A stretch of 64,000 bases of DNA, from NCBI GenBank assembly GCA_029932465.1, contig JAOZQA010000003.1, forward strand, positions 6,477 to 70,476, written 5' to 3'. The translations under genes and the position numbers were made by a program. This DNA is from Thermoplasmatota archaeon (GTDB lineage Archaea; Thermoplasmatota; Penumbrarchaeia; Penumbrarchaeales; EX4484-36). Below, piece after piece: positions 55,880 through 64,000 of this stretch; the stretch's first letter is position 1, and each line of letters begins with the position of its first letter. The notes under the pieces were generated by a model, which searched no databases, was not told the origin of the DNA, and saw only the letters and a list, made by a program, of their open reading frames with translations.

Positions 55880-58800
55880 GGTTTTGAGATGGCGCTCTTC
55901 AGCTTCCTTACCTTCTCGCCGCAGCTCATCAGGTAGCCGCTGTTATAAAGGTTCACACAGGAGAGGAAGGTTTTCAGGTACGTTGATATGTCTACACCTG
56001 CTGCCCTCCTGTTGTCTAGAACCGTTGAGAATGAAATCAGGGTGGTCTTGAGGTGTTTGGCTAGATGGAGGTAGTTGTAGAGGGTTTTGGAGATGGATCT
56101 GAGGAAGTAGGTGGCCCTGAGGATGTCATCGACCCGTAGGTAATAGGAGGCCTTCTGCAGCTTTTTCTCAATAAGTGCCTTATCGGGCAGGTCCTTCGCC
56201 TCTTCTAACATTTTTCTGACCAGCACTATAAACTCCTCATAAACCTCCCTGGAGACGGGCTCTCCTTGGCCCACCGTGTCTAGCAGCCCCGGGAGAAGTA
56301 TCACCCAGCTGTACTCCTTTATATAGAACTCTTCATCCCCTATATGGCCGAATATGAACTGAGGAGAACTGTCAGGTTCCCCGGGGCTTACAGGATGTGT
56401 CTCCTCCTCTGTCACCTCAGGGGCTTCTCTCCCCTTCGGCTCAGGGACAGTCCTTATGAGGGCCCCAAGGCCCTGCGGGGAGGTTTTCTTCTTGAGCCCG
56501 TCATCCATGATCCTAGCTTTCATATAGGCTTCAGATGCCAGACGTGATATTCCTTTGAACCCCGTTCTCTTCGGAGCCTTTTCTTTCTTCTCCTTTTTCT
56601 TATCTCTTTCCGCCGCCTTTTTGAGGAGGTCGTCTCCGCTACGGAGGGACTCCTCCAGTGCTTTGAAGTTCCTGTCATACAATGCCCTTTTGATCCTCTC
56701 CGCCACCCCAAGGGACCTTTTCTCCCCTGTGGATGTGAGCTGTTGGTACAGCTCCCATGACTCCTCCACCATCTGCATCCTTCTCTTAAGTTCTGAGAGC
56801 TCTGAGTTGATGTTCTGGAGCCTGCCAACCTCTAGTGTAAGGGATTCCTCCCGTGTCTCCCTTTCAAGCTCCTCGAGCCTTTTGAGAAACTCCGCTCTGA
56901 AATCGCGCCAAGGAGGATGCTTTAAATCCCTAAGTTGCAGTGTTATGAGGTCATAGAGGGACTCTATCTTGCTGTATATGTTCTCCACAGTCTGCATGTT
57001 CTGCGTCAGATTAAGTTCGCTGAGGATCTTCTCAAGGTTCTCAGTGGCTTCCTCAACGCTCTTTACGTGCCCTTCTTTGAAGGCCTTCTCTGCCTCCTCT
57101 TTGATCCGCTCGATTTCTTCCATTCTGGAGCTTTTTATCGTCCCCTTCTTTATAAGCGATGTAGCTAGGGCTTCGGCCTCTTCATAGACCTTCAAAAACC
57201 GTCTGTTATAGAGGACCTTCAGATACAGGTCCTTAGTCTCCGCCAGGAGTTCCTTCAGGGCCTTCATCTCCTTGTTCTCTCCCTCCAGGCGTTTCCTGTA
57301 CCTCTCCAGAGAAGCTAGAAGAGCCTCTGCGTTCTCCCACCCTTCCGCAAGCTTCTCACACTTCTCTATATATTCCCTTATGTTACCCGCTACGGTAGCC
57401 TTCTCTACCATCAGCATTGAGAGGAGCTCTTTCTTCACCGCACTCCCTTTCTCTATAAAGGCTTTGATATTGTCCACCCCAGCGCCTTTCAGCGGGGTGG
57501 AAAGAGAACGGATGAATTTCAGGAATCTCTCCGGGGGATCCATTACCATGGAGAGCTCATTTACAATTCCCTCAAGCTCTTCCTTCAGTGACTTTCTATA
57601 CCTCTCAAAAGCTCCTTTTAAGGCCTTGCGGGCTCTTTCTTCAACTTCCCTATAAAGGGCTACAGACTCCAGTATTTCTCCGTTCTGATACAGGGACCAG
57701 GCCCTTGCCCCCTCCGTCTGGACATCTATCAGGACATCTGGATCGCTTGATATCTGAAGGGTCTCCTGAATGATGTTCCTTATTCTCTTCTCGGTCTCCC
57801 GAACGAATTTGTTCAGACAATCTCTGCTCTGTCTTTCGTAGAGCTTTTTAATGCTGTGAGCGTAGAACATTCTGAAGATATCTGCGTGCTCCCTCTGCGG
57901 ACTGCCCATCTCCCCGTAACCTGCCTCTTTTGCTACCCTCTCCACATCGGGGCAGATATCCTTTATTGTTCTCGCCACCTCCGAGGCGTTCTCCGTAACC
58001 TCACGGATGATTTCTGCAAGGCTCTCTTCATACGTAAGAAGCATACTTGTCATGTCTGTCAGTGCTTCCATGTAGAATGAGTAACTATCCTTCAAAAGGT
58101 TTCTAGCCTTTGCCTCGAGGGAGACAAAACGGGTGTAGATGAGATACTTCATCTCCGACCTCTTGAGCTCTCTTATGATGCTGCTCAGGACGTCCATTAC
58201 AATCTCTTTACTGCAGGAATCCTCCTCTGGTGTTATCCTATCCAGATACTCTTTTACTATCTGAGAATATATTCCTCCTACCCTGTCGTACGATTCCCGG
58301 GATATGAATTTCTCTAGGATGTCGAGCACTGATTTGAAGTAATACCTCTCCGGAGCGAAGGATTCTGCGCTCAATGAGATTATTTTCAAAATGATAGAAC
58401 TATTGAGGATGCCTATCGCTCTCCTTCTCTTCTCTTCTTTCAAAACCGCCTCGAGTTCATTGAAAAGTTCGTTGATGCGGTCAAAATATGTCTGAGGGTT
58501 GACCCCCCTCCTCATCTCTTCCATCTTTTTTAATTCATCTCTGTAATCAGATGTGTCGTATCCCAGCCTCTCAAGTGAGGTGAGCTTGACCTCAATTTCC
58601 TTCAGGAGGTAATCGCCCTCCTTCACCCAGAATGTTCTGTTGATCTCCTCTATCTCTTTCTTAATTTTAAGGGCACCTTCTATCTTCTTCTCCACTCCGG
58701 GGAGGTTCTTGACAGTTTGCAGTTCTTTTCTCAGGTAACCCACTGGAAAGTCGTTTTTCTCCATCTCGTTCAGCTCGTCTCCTATGCTTTTCAGAAACTC

Positions 58801-60213
58801 TTCGAAGCTCTCCCCGAAGTTCCTGTAAAAGTTGTCTAGAAAGTGAAAATATAGGTCAAAAAAGAGGTAGTATTTTTCCGGGGAGCTCTCCCTCCTGTCG
58901 ATCTCTTCAAAGCTGTTGAACAACTCCTCGGAAATAACCCCATGGTCGTGGAGAAGCTGGACGGTTTCGTACTTCTCCTCATATAGCTCCTCCATCTCCT
59001 CAGTGCTCTTCTCCATAAGGTATTTTATGGTCATGTTGAGGCGTTCAATGGTGTGAGCAGCGTCAAAGGTTAGACCTTTAGCGAGCTTCTTTTCAATTAG
59101 TTTGATATTCTCCTCAATATAGACGTTCACCTCTGAAGCGAGCCACTTGTCCTTTACCTTTTTTATCTCCTCTATGTTTTCTTTCACATTTTCCGTAAGC
59201 GATTCCATTTCAAGGAGTATTGTGCAGAAGTAATCCACATATTTTTCGGGAGGCGCTCTTCTGACAAGATCCTCAAGGTTTATTGACCTGTTCACTATGC
59301 TCTTAAAGAGATGCTTCAGCCTATCTTCATAGGAATCCCTGTAATAGTTCAGGTTCAAAAGACGCATTAGCCCCTCTTTGAGCTCAAGGACCACACCGCT
59401 CCATCTGATGTGTGGATCAACGGAATATCCTCTTTTGAGGGCCCTGACCGCTTCTCTATACTCTCCTCTGAATATGTGCGCCTTTGCGAGATATATGTAT
59501 GCTAGGGCGTCGTCTTTGTTCTGCTCAAGATAGCGCGAAAGCGTTTGCAAGGCCGCAGAGTATTCACCGAGGGAGATGGCTACGGAGGAGTACAGCATCT
59601 GGAAATGGGGTGAATCGGAGAACTTGCTGCGGTATCTCTGCAGAAGGAAATACGCTTCAGGAAGGTTCTCCTCTTTGAGGAGAAGTCTCACCACCTTGAC
59701 GCACTCTGTGCTGAAGTTTATATTAAGGTTTTTAAGGAGAGGAAGGAACCTCTCCGTGACCTCTTCAACCCCGTCCCCCTGGAACAGGTTGATGGTCTCA
59801 ACTAGGCAATCAACCCACCTTATATCTCCTTTCTCCAGTGCTGTGAAAAGCTCCTTTTTTGCTTCCCGCGGCATATCGCTAAAGAACTTTAGTTTCGCAA
59901 GGATGAGATGAGCTTCGGGGCTTATATGTTCGGGCTCCGCCTTCCCAAACTCCCTATCTAGGATTTTCTCAGCCTTCTTGTACTCACCCTTCTTGATGTG
60001 GATCAGTGCATGTATGAGAGAGAGGTCACTGCACTGGGGAAACTCTTTCGCAAGCCTTGTGACAGCGTTCTCATAGACATCCAGGTCTTTCTCTATCATC
60101 TCCTCTGTCGGGAAGATCGTTAGAGTGTTCTGGGAGAGGCTCCCTCGGCAGTTCGGACAGACCTCCCCTGTCGAGCCATCTTTTAATTCCATCCCACACA
60201 GCAGGCACTTCAA
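55876..60213 (-). CDS. Giant (1,445 aa) soluble protein: N-terminal C4 Zn ribbon, TPR-like repeats, and >900 aa of coiled-coil / alpha-helical repeats. Function unknown.
   Basis: TTG start 4 nt after GGAGG gives CLLCG-x13-CPNC. TPR-like helices (AYIYLAKAHIFRGEYREAVRALKRG). A long E/K/L-rich heptad-like sequence. No TM, no P-loop. GC lower than the flanking genes. Confidence 0.6.
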   Translation of the reverse strand: MKCLLCGMELKDGSTGEVCPNCRGSLSQNTLTIFPTEEMIEKDLDVYENAVTRLAKEFPQCSDLSLIHALIHIKKGEYKKAEKILDREFGKAEPEHISPEAHLILAKLKFFSDMPREAKKELFTALEKGDIRWVDCLVETINLFQGDGVEEVTERFLPLLKNLNINFSTECVKVVRLLLKEENLPEAYFLLQRYRSKFSDSPHFQMLYSSVAISLGEYSAALQTLSRYLEQNKDDALAYIYLAKAHIFRGEYREAVRALKRGYSVDPHIRWSGVVLELKEGLMRLLNLNYYRDSYEDRLKHLFKSIVNRSINLEDLVRRAPPEKYVDYFCTILLEMESLTENVKENIEEIKKVKDKWLASEVNVYIEENIKLIEKKLAKGLTFDAAHTIERLNMTIKYLMEKSTEEMEELYEEKYETVQLLHDHGVISEELFNSFEEIDRRESSPEKYYLFFDLYFHFLDNFYRNFGESFEEFLKSIGDELNEMEKNDFPVGYLRKELQTVKNLPGVEKKIEGALKIKKEIEEINRTFWVKEGDYLLKEIEVKLTSLERLGYDTSDYRDELKKMEEMRRGVNPQTYFDRINELFNELEAVLKEEKRRRAIGILNSSIILKIISLSAESFAPERYYFKSVLDILEKFISRESYDRVGGIYSQIVKEYLDRITPEEDSCSKEIVMDVLSSIIRELKRSEMKYLIYTRFVSLEAKARNLLKDSYSFYMEALTDMTSMLLTYEESLAEIIREVTENASEVARTIKDICPDVERVAKEAGYGEMGSPQREHADIFRMFYAHSIKKLYERQSRDCLNKFVRETEKRIRNIIQETLQISSDPDVLIDVQTEGARAWSLYQNGEILESVALYREVEERARKALKGAFERYRKSLKEELEGIVNELSMVMDPPERFLKFIRSLSTPLKGAGVDNIKAFIEKGSAVKKELLSMLMVEKATVAGNIREYIEKCEKLAEGWENAEALLASLERYRKRLEGENKEMKALKELLAETKDLYLKVLYNRRFLKVYEEAEALATSLIKKGTIKSSRMEEIERIKEEAEKAFKEGHVKSVEEATENLEKILSELNLTQNMQTVENIYSKIESLYDLITLQLRDLKHPPWRDFRAEFLKRLEELERETREESLTLEVGRLQNINSELSELKRRMQMVEESWELYQQLTSTGEKRSLGVAERIKRALYDRNFKALEESLRSGDDLLKKAAERDKKKEKKEKAPKRTGFKGISRLASEAYMKARIMDDGLKKKTSPQGLGALIRTVPEPKGREAPEVTEEETHPVSPGEPDSSPQFIFGHIGDEEFYIKEYSWVILLPGLLDTVGQGEPVSREVYEEFIVLVRKMLEEAKDLPDKALIEKKLQKASYYLRVDDILRATYFLRSISKTLYNYLHLAKHLKTTLISFSTVLDNRRAAGVDISTYLKTFLSCVNLYNSGYLMSCGEKVRKLKSAISKP

Positions 60214-60305
60214 TCTTCAGCCTCCGAACTTTAAGTTTTTAGACCCTTGTCCTATTTATAGATTTTCTGACCACTCCCGGGGGGTAAGAATCATCAATGT
60301 CCCCA

Positions 60306-61592
60306 TCAGCGGCGCGAAGGGGCTGTAAAGACCTCCTTCAGCTCGCTCAAAGTGAGGATCTCCTGACTCCTCCCTTTAAGGTCCCTGATTAGAACAACTC
60401 TTCTTTCCGCCTCCCGCCTCCCGATCACCACCACCTTCCCGTAACCCCTTTTCAGGGCCGTTGTCAACGCTTTCCTCAGCCCGCCCTTCACCTCCAGGAC
60501 TTCAACACTCACCCCCGCCTCCCTTATTCTGAGGCTTGCCTCAAGGGCGTAGGCTTCGATGCCCTCGTCAAGTACCGTGAGGAGAACCTTTTCCCTCTCG
60601 CTCGTCCCTTTTATCCCCCTCTCCGTGAGGCTAAGAAGAAGGCGATCGAAGCCTATGGCAAAACCTACCCCCTCCAGGGGCTCCTTCCCTAGGAATTTGA
60701 AGACATACTCCCCACCTCCGCAGATCTGTTTCTCGGCGCCCAGCCTGGGGTCTTCTATCTCAAACACCACACCGTCGTAGTAATCGAGTCCCCTAACCAC
60801 CCCCGGGGAGATGCTTGCGGATTGGGCACCTAGGGCGCGCAGGATTTCTACCATTCTCTGAAGGTTGCCGTACATCCTCAAGAGCTCTTCCCTTATCCCC
60901 CCCTCCACCCCCTGTTGCTCCAATATACTGCTTAATGCTTTCTCTGTAGGGGATGTGGCAAAATCACGGTATAGAGCGGCTGCCCGGGGGTCTGCAGTGG
61001 AGAGGGCATTTTCAAAGGCTTCTGTGTCCCCCCTGTCGAGGGCTCTCAGCATTTCCCCTTCCGTCTCACTGTCAACTTTAAGGAGGCCGAGGAGTCTTCT
61101 TATCAGTGTGATGTTGTTCACTTTCAGGGGAAGATTTTCAAGGCCTGTTGCCCTGATAGCGGTATAGGCAGCCATTATGGTGTCTAGGGTTCTTAAAGAT
61201 GTCCTTCTGCCTATCGTTTCAGCCCCCATCTGCCAAAACTCTCTGAACCTTCCTTTCTGAGGCCGTTCGTACCTAAAGCAGTTCTCAAAATAGTATATCC
61301 TAACAGGCTGCGGTCTCCTGGAGAGGCTCTCCGAGAATAGCCTCATGGTTGGGGCGGTGAGTTCAGGCCTCAAAGCGAGCCTCCTCCCCCCTTTATCCTC
61401 AAAGACGTAAAGCTGCTCGACGATGTCCTCACCCGAGCGCTCGGTGAAGAGCTCAGCGTGCTCGAAGGTGGGTGTCATAATCTCCTCAAAACCGAAGCTC
61501 TCCAGAGCCTCCCTCATGGCGAGCTCGGCCCACCTTCGCCTTTTCATCTCCTCCGGGAGGAAGTCCCTTGTGCCTCTGGGCCTGGTAAACAT
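60306..61592 (-). CDS. hisS: Histidyl-tRNA synthetase
   Basis: Class II aaRS motifs, RPRGTRDFLP N-terminus, C-terminal anticodon-binding domain. ATG 61592 lies 6 nt after AAGGTG. Confidence 0.9.
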   Translation of the reverse strand: MFTRPRGTRDFLPEEMKRRRWAELAMREALESFGFEEIMTPTFEHAELFTERSGEDIVEQLYVFEDKGGRRLALRPELTAPTMRLFSESLSRRPQPVRIYYFENCFRYERPQKGRFREFWQMGAETIGRRTSLRTLDTIMAAYTAIRATGLENLPLKVNNITLIRRLLGLLKVDSETEGEMLRALDRGDTEAFENALSTADPRAAALYRDFATSPTEKALSSILEQQGVEGGIREELLRMYGNLQRMVEILRALGAQSASISPGVVRGLDYYDGVVFEIEDPRLGAEKQICGGGEYVFKFLGKEPLEGVGFAIGFDRLLLSLTERGIKGTSEREKVLLTVLDEGIEAYALEASLRIREAGVSVEVLEVKGGLRKALTTALKRGYGKVVVIGRREAERRVVLIRDLKGRSQEILTLSELKEVFTAPSRR

Positions 61593-61680
61593 CAGAAACA
61601 CCTTGATTAGACGAAGGGGAGAATCTATTTAATAATTCATATCCCCGGAGCTATGCCTTAACACCCCTTAATAGTCAAGA

Positions 61681-61690
61681 TTTTTATACA
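61681..61690 (+). promoter_or_regulatory. Candidate TATA box (TTTTTATACA) of the 23S rRNA promoter. A second candidate, AAATTTATTAAG, lies at 61750-61761.
   Basis: AT-rich boxes in the 300-nt spacer between hisS and the rRNA. Confidence 0.25.
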
Positions 61691-61904
61691 ACTTTACATT
61701 CACTTTATTCTGCCTGGAAAGGCCTCCGCCCCGTCAAAGGGTGTGGAGAAAATTTATTAAGTGGTTGTGTATAACCACGCCTGCTCAAGTGCACTCCGTG
61801 AATTGGAGCGTTCACGGAGGAAGGAGCTGAGACCGAGGCAAGAGCCAGTGAGGTCGTTGAATGCTCACATCATACGCATGTTGGACGAGTACTGGACTGG
61901 TAGT

Positions 61905-64000
<2,096 letters not shown>

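Noticed and set aside
61760-61900. Possible 16S-23S spacer tRNA or a 16S 3' end just upstream of the 23S
   Set aside because: The upstream sequence is the hisS gene and a short AT-rich promoter region. I saw no anti-SD (CCTCC) 16S tail or tRNA-like T-loop.

Overview
This 64-kb window is an archaeal chromosomal segment, probably a thermophilic euryarchaeon of the Thermoplasmata type. Overall GC is about 55-60%. Evidence for the archaeal call: an AglB/STT3 oligosaccharyltransferase with the WWDYG motif, an RFC small subunit, an aCPSF2-type beta-CASP RNase, a Nob1-like PIN+Zn-ribbon protein, POR and IOR oxidoreductases, a two-CPYC protein disulfide oxidoreductase, an intron-containing tRNA with a BHB-like extended anticodon helix, TATA boxes about 27 nt upstream of leaderless start codons, and a 23S rRNA gene with no 16S partner upstream. 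I call about 43 protein genes, one tRNA-Tyr with an intron, and one partial 23S rRNA. Housekeeping genes: purS-purL-purQ, purB, pdxS, hisS, uvrC, rfcS, rpiB, a Sir2 deacetylase, a PAS-PAS-GAF histidine kinase, a porGDAB-iorAB operon, and OPT and POT peptide transporters. The most unusual content is a cell-surface / N-glycosylation island at 2.2-19.7 kb. It holds a 2,495-aa AglB fused to a roughly 1,700-aa repeat stalk that ends in a second C-terminal TM anchor. It is flanked by a 1,429-aa PQQ-propeller/PKD surface protein and a 1,256-aa BNR-propeller surface protein. A second surface locus at 46.4-52.2 kb has an 738-aa sequon-rich surface protein placed divergently from a three-gene operon of pilin-like proteins. 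Other notable items are a 1,445-aa cytoplasmic Zn-ribbon/TPR/coiled-coil protein and a low-GC insertion at 39.2-41.4 kb. No CRISPR arrays, transposases or integrases were recognised. All functional calls rest on motif recognition by eye. No database search was run.
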